Shown here: piece by piece, positions 1 to 9,414 of the stretch | Position numbering within the stretch: the stretch's first letter is position 1 | Layout: each line of letters opens with the position of its first letter | IMG/VR virus record: IMGVR_UViG_3300020471_000006 | Coordinates: 128,001-192,000 of that record | DNA from: a virus | Taxonomy: Duplodnaviria > Caudoviricetes | Strand: one strand, 5' to 3' | DNA: 64,000 nucleotides | The notes under the pieces: model-generated | What the model was told of the DNA's origin: nothing | Database searches by the model: none | What the model saw: only the letters and a program-made list of their open reading frames with translations | Made by a program: the position numbers and the translations under genes

Positions 1-3000
1 ACCAAACCGAAATGGATTGGATTCGTCAGGAATCTTGTTACTGGTACTCTTGCAGAGAGAACTACTGTCACTGAGATTGGATCTGGTGTACTATTCAACT
101 TCTCTAGAGCAGACGAGGCATTTACCTTTACCTATGAAGGTTCTGGTAATCTATACAAAATTGGTGGTGGTGAAGAAAGTGTCACTACAGACTACGTTGG
201 TACTGGTACTCTCGCTCAACTTCAATCTAACGTTAAGGTCAACTTCGTACCTAACTGGAGAGGTTCTGGTGTTGTTGATGTCACAGGTGAAGTCTCCAAC
301 GTTAAGAGATCATTTGGTGAGCAACCATTTGGTGTCATTCCAGTCTTCACTGGAGATGCATATGCTGAGAGAGTTACTTGGGATTACAACGATAGTTCTA
401 TCTTACCATTTGGTTATGAAGACTTCGGTCCATTACCAGGAACTGCTACTGTCGAGGAGATCAATACAAATACGATCCTCTCAGGTACATCTACAGGATC
501 TGTTGTAAGAATCAATGTTGGTGTTGTTGCGGTAGTAGATCCAGACTACACAATCTCACTTGTATCTAACTTCACACCAGGTGCAACCTTTGATTATGGT
601 CTGGTTTCTGAAGGGTTCAATGGACCTATTGATTGGGGATATATTGCCCAGACAATCTGGAATTATCCTTTTGGTGGTTTCCAATATACCAGCAATACAC
701 ATACATCACAAACCAAAGGATTTGTTGCAGAGAAGACATTCGATGCATCGATCAAGATTCGTTCTGCAACGTGGGTACGTATTAACCCACAGTGGGAAGG
801 ATTTATTCCGATTGATGTTACTGGTGCTGCTACTTACAGTGTTACTAGACCATACACAGGTGAAGGTCGTGCATTCAGTATTGTATACGCTGAAGCTTCA
901 CGTGTATTTGATTACGTTGGTGAAGGTCAGATCTACAAGATTGGTGGTGCAGTTGAATCTGTATCCTTCAACCCAGATGAGAAACAGGCTCTATTCCCAA
1001 TCAGGGGTGTTGCTGACGTTAGATTCGCACCTAACTGGAATGCCTTTGGTACTCTATGGGCATCTTATGGAACAGCAGAACCTGTACTTAGATCCTTTGC
1101 TTATGAAGGCACAGGTGTTCTACCTACTCTTGTTGGTACAGAGAATAGAAGAACTTACTCTTACAATGATTCTTCTGAGAATCTATATCAGTACAGAGAT
1201 TATGCAAGTCTACCTGGTGTCGGTACTATCACCGAGATCACACCAAGTCAGAGTATCTCTGGTACATCACCAACTTCTATTATCAGAATTGGTCTCAATG
1301 GTGTTGTTGCAAACATACCTCTTGGTCAGACATACGAGATCGATCCTTGGCTCACCACTGGAGCAACAACAGTCCACGACTGTGGATTTATCACCGATCC
1401 TGGTGCAACGGTAAGAGAGGATTATGGATTCACATCCACAATCAGTTCTATCAGAACAAAAGTTTCCGAATACCCATTTGGAAAACTTGTCAGTTTTGTT
1501 TCTCTATCAGCACCTTCACAGACCAAGATCTTCATATCGGATCCGATTCCTTGGGAACATGCGATCAAGATTCGTTCCGATGCAGCAGTTCGTGTACCAC
1601 CTCAGTGGGTTACCAACGATCCAACACTTTGGACTTGGAGTGGTGCAGCAGAATGTACAGTATCTGTTCCTCCAACAACACCACCATTATTCAAGTTTGC
1701 TGGTGGTTACACAGATCTCAAGTTCATCACAGCAGAAGAAGGTTCTGCTCATATGGAACTATCTGGTACTTGTCAAGAGGCAGTTGTATCAGACAACTAC
1801 AGATTCGTTACTATCGACGTTTCTGGAAACGCAGCAGAGAACTTCAGTCTCCACTTCCATGGATCTGGAAATCTATATTCTATTGGTCGCAGTGCAGAAG
1901 CGATTACAATCGACATACCTGCATTCCAAGCAGATCTTACATTTGGTGGATTCGGAAGTCAGAGATTTACTGTTGCAGAACAGTTTACTGTCGATATCGA
2001 TCTTTCTGGTACTGCAATCGAAAGACAGACAGACGATTGGGTTGGTCAATCTCATACAGAGATATTCAACGTTTCTGTTGTACCACTTATTACGAAGCAT
2101 TGGACTGGCGAAGGTCGGATCTTCAACTTCAGTGGTGCAGTCGAAGCGGTTACATTCAACCCACTCGAACTTGGAGCACTATTCGACTTTACAGGTCGTC
2201 TCGACGAGAGTCGTGCAATTGCTATTGCTGGTCTGGTTCACACAGAAGTACGTGGAACAGCAAGTCCTGCAAAACTTACATTCGCAGAGCAACTATTTGG
2301 TCGTACAGAAGTATACGGTCAAGCAGATCTTCTCAGGACACACGCTTACACAGGCGATGGTCAGGTCTTCTCTGTTGGTGGTGCAGCAGAATCTATTACT
2401 CTCAAACTTCCAGAGTTTACAGCAGACGCAGTTCTCAAGGGTGCTGTCAAACAGAGCTTCACCTTTGGTGGTATTATTGGATCTGGTGTCTTCACAGTCT
2501 TTGGAGAGATTGCAGATCCACTACTTACATTCGCAGAACAACCACTCGGAGACATCTACGTCAGTGGTATTGCAGATGTTGTCAACGTCGATATTCACTT
2601 TGGTGTTGGTGGACTGTTCTCTATTGGTGCAGCAGACGAAGCAATCACAGTCAAGATACCTGCATTCACAGCAGATATCCAGTTTGGTACAGAGTTTGCA
2701 GATATTCGTGCCACATACAGAGAGATTGGTCAAGCAGAAATTCTCTTCAGTGGAGAAGTTTCAGAACCAATCCTCACATTTGCAGAGCAACCAAGAATCG
2801 AAGTCGATATATTTGGTGCTTCTACATCTTCCAGATCCCACGTATGGGTTGGCGAAGGTCGTATATTTGCTATCAGTGGTGCAGCAGAGAGTGTCACATT
2901 TGTCTTGCCAGAATTCCAGGCAGACATGGTGTTCAAAGGGTTTGGTTCATTCAAACAAACCTTCAGCGAAAGATTCACAATCGAATCCAAACTGTCTGGT

Positions 3001-4344
3001 GCAGCAAGTATCAAGTACATTCCAAACTGGATTGGTTCTGGTACTGCAACAGTCGATGTTACATCTACATTCTCTCGTACCAAAATCTTTATTGGAGAAG
3101 GACGCATCTTCAATATCAGTGGTGCATCCGAAAGTGTTACCTTCAATCCAGAAGAGAGACAGTTACTATTCTCTATTGGTGGCACAAGGGCAACAGAAAA
3201 TGTTGTATGGAGTCCAGACGAAGTACCAGTATTCGTCGATATTACTGGAAAGGCATTCGAGAGATTCACACCAAACAATATTGGTTCTGGTACTATCTAC
3301 GTCGATGTCGATACATCCGAACGTATTACAAAGGACTTTGTTGGAGAAGGACGTATCTTCAACATCAGTGGTGCTTCAGAGAGTTTCACTGTCAACCCAG
3401 ACGAGACTACTGCACTATTCTCTATTGGTGGTGTTTCAAGTCAGGTTGTTGTCAGAAGAGAGATTGTATTTGGTACACTCTTTGCATTCTCTGGTGCTTC
3501 AGAAAGTGTTGGAGTCGCACCACTTGCAGACGGTCTCTTTACATTCAAGGGTCGTGCAGAGGAAGCAACAACATACGCAGAAGTTGGATTCGGAGATCTA
3601 TTCAACTTTGTTAGCAGTATTGAGCGTCGCACATTTGACTGGACTTCTCAAATCGATCTTGGTGTTTCTGGTATTGCAGACGAGAAACATACAGAAGCAT
3701 ACTCAGGATTTGGAAATCTATACAACTTCTCTGGTGCAGCAGAGACAATTACATTCTCTCCAGAACTTTATGGAGTTGTACATGTATTTGGTGTTGCCGA
3801 TACTCCAAGAACAAGAGTTACAGTTGGAACTGGATCATTCTTCACATGGAACAATGCATCCGAATCCAGAACAATTGCAGTCGAGAATGTTGCAATCTTC
3901 GACTTCTTGGGTGTTGCAAGACAGGCAGTTGTCAGAAACATTGTTACAGATGTCACTGTCGAGGTCAGAGGATCAGGTGCAGAATCCTTTACAAGGAAAG
4001 GATATGTTGGAGAAGGTTCCGCACAATTCTCTGGAGAATCTACTTCCAGTATCACAAGGATCGAAGAGGGTACAGGAAGAATCGATGTCTTCGAAGAGGA
4101 CAATATTCCTCTTATCGTCAAGACATTTACTGGTTCAGGTCGCATACCTTCTGTCTCAAATGCAGGAGTCCTCCGTACCTTCAGTTACGATGGACATTGC
4201 CCAATTGAGATTGATATTACAACCAAGGTTATTGCACCTTATCAGAGATTTGTATCTGAAGGTGGAGTTATTCTACATGTTGGTGATGCTGAGACAAGAC
4301 GCATACAAGTTGCACCACCAAGATCTTATGGATGGATCATATAA
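1..4344 (+). CDS. Giant repetitive virion structural protein, C-terminal 1447 aa only (5' end lies outside the window)
   Basis: Frame 1 is open from base 1 (TKPKWIGFVRNLVTG...) to TAA at 4342-4344. The ORF track starts it only at the first Met (1753). Gly/Thr/Ser/Val/Phe-rich with recurring GEGRIFNISGAxESVTFNP repeats; upstream of fibre genes. Confidence 0.85.
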   Translation, partial: TKPKWIGFVRNLVTGTLAERTTVTEIGSGVLFNFSRADEAFTFTYEGSGNLYKIGGGEESVTTDYVGTGTLAQLQSNVKVNFVPNWRGSGVVDVTGEVSNVKRSFGEQPFGVIPVFTGDAYAERVTWDYNDSSILPFGYEDFGPLPGTATVEEINTNTILSGTSTGSVVRINVGVVAVVDPDYTISLVSNFTPGATFDYGLVSEGFNGPIDWGYIAQTIWNYPFGGFQYTSNTHTSQTKGFVAEKTFDASIKIRSATWVRINPQWEGFIPIDVTGAATYSVTRPYTGEGRAFSIVYAEASRVFDYVGEGQIYKIGGAVESVSFNPDEKQALFPIRGVADVRFAPNWNAFGTLWASYGTAEPVLRSFAYEGTGVLPTLVGTENRRTYSYNDSSENLYQYRDYASLPGVGTITEITPSQSISGTSPTSIIRIGLNGVVANIPLGQTYEIDPWLTTGATTVHDCGFITDPGATVREDYGFTSTISSIRTKVSEYPFGKLVSFVSLSAPSQTKIFISDPIPWEHAIKIRSDAAVRVPPQWVTNDPTLWTWSGAAECTVSVPPTTPPLFKFAGGYTDLKFITAEEGSAHMELSGTCQEAVVSDNYRFVTIDVSGNAAENFSLHFHGSGNLYSIGRSAEAITIDIPAFQADLTFGGFGSQRFTVAEQFTVDIDLSGTAIERQTDDWVGQSHTEIFNVSVVPLITKHWTGEGRIFNFSGAVEAVTFNPLELGALFDFTGRLDESRAIAIAGLVHTEVRGTASPAKLTFAEQLFGRTEVYGQADLLRTHAYTGDGQVFSVGGAAESITLKLPEFTADAVLKGAVKQSFTFGGIIGSGVFTVFGEIADPLLTFAEQPLGDIYVSGIADVVNVDIHFGVGGLFSIGAADEAITVKIPAFTADIQFGTEFADIRATYREIGQAEILFSGEVSEPILTFAEQPRIEVDIFGASTSSRSHVWVGEGRIFAISGAAESVTFVLPEFQADMVFKGFGSFKQTFSERFTIESKLSGAASIKYIPNWIGSGTATVDVTSTFSRTKIFIGEGRIFNISGASESVTFNPEERQLLFSIGGTRATENVVWSPDEVPVFVDITGKAFERFTPNNIGSGTIYVDVDTSERITKDFVGEGRIFNISGASESFTVNPDETTALFSIGGVSSQVVVRREIVFGTLFAFSGASESVGVAPLADGLFTFKGRAEEATTYAEVGFGDLFNFVSSIERRTFDWTSQIDLGVSGIADEKHTEAYSGFGNLYNFSGAAETITFSPELYGVVHVFGVADTPRTRVTVGTGSFFTWNNASESRTIAVENVAIFDFLGVARQAVVRNIVTDVTVEVRGSGAESFTRKGYVGEGSAQFSGESTSSITRIEEGTGRIDVFEEDNIPLIVKTFTGSGRIPSVSNAGVLRTFSYDGHCPIEIDITTKVIAPYQRFVSEGGVILHVGDAETRRIQVAPPRSYGWII
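856..4017 (+). repeat. Degenerate internal protein repeats of the giant structural protein (core xxGEGR/QIFxxSGAxESxTF)
   Basis: Copies: YTGEGRAF (~853), YVGEGQIYKIGGAVESVSFNP (~913), WTGEGRIFNFSGAVEAVTFNP (~2101), WVGEGRIFAISGAAESVTF (~2845), FIGEGRIFNISGASESVTFNP (~3088), FVGEGRIFNISGASESFTVNP (~3337), YVGEG (~4003). Confidence 0.8.
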
Positions 4345-4345
4345 G

Positions 4346-4363
4346 ATAAATATAACATAAATA
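4346..4363 (+). promoter_or_regulatory. Two tandem T4-type late promoter cores (ATAAATA)
   Basis: ATAAATA at 4346-4352 and 4357-4363, intergenic, ~25 nt before ATG 4387. Confidence 0.65.
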
Positions 4364-4386
4364 TACTTGGTATCGAATAATCACTG

Positions 4387-4848
4387 ATGACAACTCAGGT
4401 TCAATTCCGAAGAGGTACTACAGCTGAGCATGCTCTCTTCACTGGGGCGCAGGGTGAACTGACGATTGATACTGACAAGAACATGGCCGTCATTCATGAC
4501 GGAACCACTACTGGTGGATTTGACGTTTTTAGGGCTAGATGGGAATATATCAATTCAAATCAAACTCTTGGAACAAGCCTTCGTTATTTGGTGGACTCTT
4601 CAAATGGTCCAATATCGTTAACCCTTCCGCTTTACAATAATCAATTAGTTCCCAAATCTGGGGATGTAATAGAGTTTATTGACGTAAAGTTTAGTTGGGA
4701 TATAAATAATGTTACTCTGACGGACCCTATCGGACGACAATTCCAGAATACATTTGGAGTTATATCATCACCTCTGGTGTTTGATGTCAAAGGAGCAAGT
4801 GTCCAACTTATTTGGGAAGGAGTTTACTGGAGGGTAATAGTCCAATGA
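4387..4848 (+). CDS. Tail-fibre-associated protein (Mtd/hyaluronidase-type N-terminal motif plus gp34-like domain)
   Basis: QVQFRRGTTAEHALFTGAQGELTIDTD...VIHDG motif; C-terminal VDSSNGPISLTLP...GDVIEFID domain resembles long-tail-fibre proximal repeats. Confidence 0.65.
   Translation: MTTQVQFRRGTTAEHALFTGAQGELTIDTDKNMAVIHDGTTTGGFDVFRARWEYINSNQTLGTSLRYLVDSSNGPISLTLPLYNNQLVPKSGDVIEFIDVKFSWDINNVTLTDPIGRQFQNTFGVISSPLVFDVKGASVQLIWEGVYWRVIVQ
4701..4708 (+). promoter_or_regulatory. Possible internal late promoter TATAAATA
   Basis: Exact T4 late consensus inside the 4387 CDS, ~140 nt before the next gene. Confidence 0.4.
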
Positions 4849-5252
4849 CGATGTACATCAGCGATAGTTTTAGAGGCGGTGGCACTAGCTCAGGCGGTGG
4901 CGGCGGTACAGGCTTTGCTAGTAACAACTACGATCTTGGTAACGATTTTACTATCCACGCCTTAAGCAGAGATGCAGATGGCATGCTCAACTATACCAAA
5001 ATAAGAAGTATTGATGATGATGTAGTAACTTTCCATCGTAAAGATGGAACTCCATACCTAGATATTGCAACTGGTATGACTGATTATGTAGAAGAGACTA
5101 CAGAAGAAAAGTCATATACTAATCATCCACAAGATGAATATCAGCAGTATAGATTTGATAGTAGAAAAGTAACCTACTTTATAGATGATGACGGATATTT
5201 CAATGTTCGTTTTAATGAATCTTACGATTATACAACCGAGGGACCTAAGTAA
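4845..5252 (+). CDS. Hypothetical virion-cluster protein
   Basis: ATGA overlap with the upstream stop gives start 4845 (MTMYISDSFRGGG...), preferred over the track start 4812; phage-like codon usage. Confidence 0.75.
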   Translation: MTMYISDSFRGGGTSSGGGGGTGFASNNYDLGNDFTIHALSRDADGMLNYTKIRSIDDDVVTFHRKDGTPYLDIATGMTDYVEETTEEKSYTNHPQDEYQQYRFDSRKVTYFIDDDGYFNVRFNESYDYTTEGPK

Positions 5253-5263
5253 AGGAAAAACAA

Positions 5264-8200
5264 ATGGCAGATTTTAGACTTGGCAGACTAAAATTTAACT
5301 GGAGAGGTGACTGGGCGGCTGGAACCGCTTATGTCATTGATGACATTGTTAAATTTGGTGCTAACACTTACGTAGCTATCGCTAACCACACATCGGTTTC
5401 GAGTGCTGCACAATGGTATGCAACTGATGCAGGTAGTTGGCAACTTCATACAGAGGGTATCTACAATACAGGTGATTGGGCTGCAGCTACTTTCTATAAG
5501 TTAAACGATATCGCAAAATACGGTAACGTACTTTATAGAACTACTACACCACACTTATCTACTAGTACTTTTGACAGTGCTAAGTTTGCTGCCTACTTAG
5601 ACGGTCTTAAGTTCGAAGATACTTGGGATTCAGCAACTGAATATCAAAAAGGTGATATCGTAACATATGGTGGTTATTCATATGTTGCTTTAACAACTAG
5701 TATTGCTATTCAACCAAATAACGGTATTGGTAACCAGTGGGATATCCTAACAACTGGTTTCAAAGTTGTTGGTAACTGGGATTCTACTACAACATACAAA
5801 CCAGGCGACGTTGTACTCTTAGGTGGTAACTCATACGTTTCTAAGACAACAAACATTAATAAGTCTCCTGATACAAACACTTCTGATTGGGACTTCGTTG
5901 TTGGTGGATTTACATGGAAGGGAACTTGGGATGTAGGTACTGTCTACTATCCAGGTGATGCTGTTAACAGAAATAGTAACTCCTATATTTGTGTAGCTCA
6001 GTCAACAGGTAATGCACCTGAAACAGATACTCTTGGTACATATTGGAATTCACTTGCTGAAGGAGCGTCTGCCAACGTTCTAACAACATCTGGTGATATT
6101 CTTTATCAAGCTGGAGCTGGTCCTGCTAGATTAGCAATTGGAACTGAGAATAAAGTTCTTACTGTTGATGCTTCTGGTTATCCATCATGGAAAGAGAGTC
6201 ACGTTACACACAAAGTTTACTACGTTACTCCAGAAGGTAAAGATACCAATCCAGGTAACAGTATTACAACAGCATGGAGAACAGTTCGTCACGCTGTAGA
6301 TAATGTAACTGGTCCTGCAACAATTTACGTTAAAGCAGGTACATATAACGAAATCCTTCCAATGAGGGTTCCTGAAGGTGTAGGTATCGTTGGTGATAAC
6401 CTAAGAACCTCAAGGATTCAAGCAAGAGCTGGTGAACCTTCAAGTGTTGTTAAACTTTCACTTGCACAAGTACCTGATGCTCAGTATAGAGTTCTTGGTT
6501 CTACTATCACATCTGGTGATGGAGCAAAGACTGGTGAAGTTATTGATGTTAGAGGAGGAGGTGGAGAGATCTATGTCCAAACTGATGGATTTGAAAATAA
6601 CAAAACTGCTGACGCATACAACCTATTAACATCTAACACACAGTTCCTTGTTAAGGAAACTCTTGCACAAGCTGCTAACGGTGGTGTTGCTATTACTAGC
6701 CCTCCAGGAGGAGATGCTTCTGTATTCGAAAGTAAACTTGCTGGTTTGGTTCAGGATATCACTGCTAACTTAGGTTATGGTGGTAACGACCGTGTTTATG
6801 ACACAGTTGATGATTGGATTACTACTAACTATTGGAATGGTAACGAAGCAGAAGTTGTTTCTATCTTAGCATACTTGATTCCTCTTGCAAAAGATGTTAT
6901 CAATAACACAACAATTACTGTTATTGGTACTCATGGATTAGGTCAGGTTAAGAACGATACTATTACAGACATTAGTACTGTAAGTGGAAACGCAACTTGT
7001 GTTGTTCAGGATGCTGCTATTACAACATTAGTTGGAGTTGCAACAACTGGATTGGGTTCAGGACTTGGAAGTGTTACTAGAGATGCTAACCAAAACCTCT
7101 GGACAGTTTCAGACACATATGAAGCAGGTGCTACAGATATCGGTATTACTAGTGTAACACCTATCAACAACGAAAACTTAACTATGTGGATGCTAGGAAG
7201 CACCACTATGCTTAAGGACATGGTTATGGACGGAATGGTTGGATTCGTTCCTTCAAATTCTGATCCTAAAGATCTTAACACTGCTACAATCCAAGGTGTT
7301 TATGTACGTCTAGATCCTAACTCACCAATTAAGAGATCACCTTATGTCTCTAACTGTTCTTGCTTCGGTGCAACAGGTATTGGTGCTGTTATTGACGGTG
7401 ATGTTCACGCTAAGTGGGATAATACTGCAAACTTTACACCAACTGATGCTACATACAATCCTTCTACTGGAGATTTAGATCTTGAACTTGGTGCTGGTCA
7501 TGGATTGACTTCTGGATCAAGTATTACATTAGCACAAGCATCTATTACATTTACTTGTACTAAGAACGGTAATGCATCTAACCATGCATATCCTCGTGTT
7601 ACTGACCCTGCGTTTGGTAAGGAACTTGTAATTACAAGTCATAGTGATACAAACATTGTAGTTAATGTTGGTGTTGCTGCTCCTGCTGATCAGTATGGAC
7701 ATACATTTGTAAGTGCTGCTACTAACGCTGTTGTATTTGATAACAGATCAAACAAAACAATGGTGTTTGACTCTTGGACACAAATCCACGAAGATGGTGG
7801 AGTTGGTTTCTGGTGTACAAACAAGGCTGGTGCTGAGATTGTATCTTGCTTTACTTACTACTGTCACATCTCATACTCTTCTACTAGAGGTGGAAGAATC
7901 AGATCTCTTGCTGGTAACTCATCATGGGGAACATACGGTATTGTATCTTCTGGATTCGATACTAATGAAACAACTCTTGATGGTACTATCGATGGTCTAT
8001 CTCTTGAATATGATGAAGCAACAATCGTTGCTGGAGCACAGGATTCAATTTGGTTGAATGAAGAAAGAGTTGTTGGATTAACATCTGGTGCTGTTGGAGA
8101 AATTATCTCTGTACAGGCTGGTGTATCTAAGATACTCTTCAGACCATTTAAAGGAAACTTTGTACAAGGTGAAACTATAGATGGTCAAACTTCTGGAGTA

Positions 8201-9358
8201 CAAGGTTCTCTACTTAGCAACGCTGACTACTTGGGTGGACAAAACGGATTCGTTCTTGCCTTAACTGGTAGAACATCTGCTCCTGTTCCAGGTGGTTCAG
8301 TTGAATTTGTTACTGGTGCTGGTGGTGCTGGAGAAGAACCATTCACATTTGTTATCGCTAACTCATCATACACTGCTCCTACTGGAAGAGGTAACTTAAC
8401 TGTTACTAGAGGACTGCTAGGTAGTTCTGCTGCTATACATCAAGGTTTGGAATTAATTACCAGATACCAGTATGGTGGTGCTAGTAACTTGAGTTCTGCT
8501 GTTAACAATACAACAGAAACTACAATTTATGTTAACTCCATTTCAGGATTCTCAATTGGAGCATACTGTATTGTAGACGATGAAATGATGGCAATTACTT
8601 CATTCCCAACAGCAACATCTCTTGAAGTTACTCGTGGACAAGAAGGTACAAATGCTGCTACTCACACATCAGGTACTTCAGTACGTGCTATCGAAATTAA
8701 GTCTGTTGATCAAACAGATACTTTAAGAGATCTCACTGCTGCCAGTACTGTTATTCGCATTACTGATGCTTCTGGATTCAACAATAATGATTACATAAAA
8801 ATCAATAGTGAATTCATGCAGATTACAAATGCACAAACAGATACAACTGGTACTGCATTAGTTGTTCTTGCTGCTGAGAAACCCACAAGAACATTTGACG
8901 GACAAAACTACAAGATCAGATATGGTTATAGTCAAGTTCGTCTAACTGGTCATGACTTCCTAGACTTAGGTACAGGAAACAAACTTCAAACTAACTGGCC
9001 TGGAGATCCATTAGTGGATCCAGCACCAGGTAATGAAGTTACTGAGGACTTCCCAGGACGTGTATTCTTTGTATCAACAGACCAAGATGGTAACTTCACT
9101 GTTGGACGTTACTTCAAGGTCAACCAGGCAACTGGTTCAACTACATTGAACGCATCATCCTTTGACCTATCTGGTCTATCATCCTTGAGATTGGGTTCTA
9201 TTGGTGCTCAGTTGGGTGAAAGTATCACAGAATTCTCTTCTGATGTTACACTTTCTGCTAACTCAAACCAAAAAGTTCCTACACAACGTGCTGTTAAGAC
9301 ATACATTGACGACAACCGCACAACTAAAGGATACGTCTTCTGGGCAGGGTCAGTTTGA
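5264..9358 (+). CDS. Tail fibre/spike-like protein with N-terminal CBM5/12-like repeats and a pectin-lyase-like beta-helix
   Basis: 1364 aa with AAGGA SD. Five W-x5-Y-x2-(G/N/D)D-(I/V/A)(V/A) repeats; YYVTPEGKD...AWRTVRHAV...IYVKAGTYNE beta-helix entry motif. Confidence 0.75.
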   Translation: MADFRLGRLKFNWRGDWAAGTAYVIDDIVKFGANTYVAIANHTSVSSAAQWYATDAGSWQLHTEGIYNTGDWAAATFYKLNDIAKYGNVLYRTTTPHLSTSTFDSAKFAAYLDGLKFEDTWDSATEYQKGDIVTYGGYSYVALTTSIAIQPNNGIGNQWDILTTGFKVVGNWDSTTTYKPGDVVLLGGNSYVSKTTNINKSPDTNTSDWDFVVGGFTWKGTWDVGTVYYPGDAVNRNSNSYICVAQSTGNAPETDTLGTYWNSLAEGASANVLTTSGDILYQAGAGPARLAIGTENKVLTVDASGYPSWKESHVTHKVYYVTPEGKDTNPGNSITTAWRTVRHAVDNVTGPATIYVKAGTYNEILPMRVPEGVGIVGDNLRTSRIQARAGEPSSVVKLSLAQVPDAQYRVLGSTITSGDGAKTGEVIDVRGGGGEIYVQTDGFENNKTADAYNLLTSNTQFLVKETLAQAANGGVAITSPPGGDASVFESKLAGLVQDITANLGYGGNDRVYDTVDDWITTNYWNGNEAEVVSILAYLIPLAKDVINNTTITVIGTHGLGQVKNDTITDISTVSGNATCVVQDAAITTLVGVATTGLGSGLGSVTRDANQNLWTVSDTYEAGATDIGITSVTPINNENLTMWMLGSTTMLKDMVMDGMVGFVPSNSDPKDLNTATIQGVYVRLDPNSPIKRSPYVSNCSCFGATGIGAVIDGDVHAKWDNTANFTPTDATYNPSTGDLDLELGAGHGLTSGSSITLAQASITFTCTKNGNASNHAYPRVTDPAFGKELVITSHSDTNIVVNVGVAAPADQYGHTFVSAATNAVVFDNRSNKTMVFDSWTQIHEDGGVGFWCTNKAGAEIVSCFTYYCHISYSSTRGGRIRSLAGNSSWGTYGIVSSGFDTNETTLDGTIDGLSLEYDEATIVAGAQDSIWLNEERVVGLTSGAVGEIISVQAGVSKILFRPFKGNFVQGETIDGQTSGVQGSLLSNADYLGGQNGFVLALTGRTSAPVPGGSVEFVTGAGGAGEEPFTFVIANSSYTAPTGRGNLTVTRGLLGSSAAIHQGLELITRYQYGGASNLSSAVNNTTETTIYVNSISGFSIGAYCIVDDEMMAITSFPTATSLEVTRGQEGTNAATHTSGTSVRAIEIKSVDQTDTLRDLTAASTVIRITDASGFNNNDYIKINSEFMQITNAQTDTTGTALVVLAAEKPTRTFDGQNYKIRYGYSQVRLTGHDFLDLGTGNKLQTNWPGDPLVDPAPGNEVTEDFPGRVFFVSTDQDGNFTVGRYFKVNQATGSTTLNASSFDLSGLSSLRLGSIGAQLGESITEFSSDVTLSANSNQKVPTQRAVKTYIDDNRTTKGYVFWAGSV
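5300..6050 (+). repeat. Five CBM5/12-like (chitin-binding type 3-like) repeats
   Basis: WAAGTAYVIDDIVKFG, WAAATFYKLNDIAKYG, WDSATEYQKGDIVTYG, WDSTTTYKPGDVVLLG, WDVGTVYYPGDAVNRN. Confidence 0.7.
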
Positions 9359-9368
9359 TCCCCCACTT

Positions 9369-9376
9369 TATAAATA
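9369..9376 (+). promoter_or_regulatory. Late promoter TATAAATA
   Basis: Exact consensus, intergenic. Confidence 0.8.
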
Positions 9377-9414
9377 TCAAATAAACCACTATCGTCTACA
9401 CGGAGAATAGGTAA

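Noticed and set aside
1347-3614. 755-aa frame-3 ORF as an independent gene
   Set aside because: Arg/Cys/Ser/Trp composition is what a codon shadow of the frame-1 gene gives, and there are no motifs. Its openness is reported as a finding rather than a gene call.
1873-4145. Minus-strand ORFs of 63-182 aa under the giant gene
   Set aside because: Antisense shadows of a biased-codon gene; minus-strand stops are present at ordinary density.
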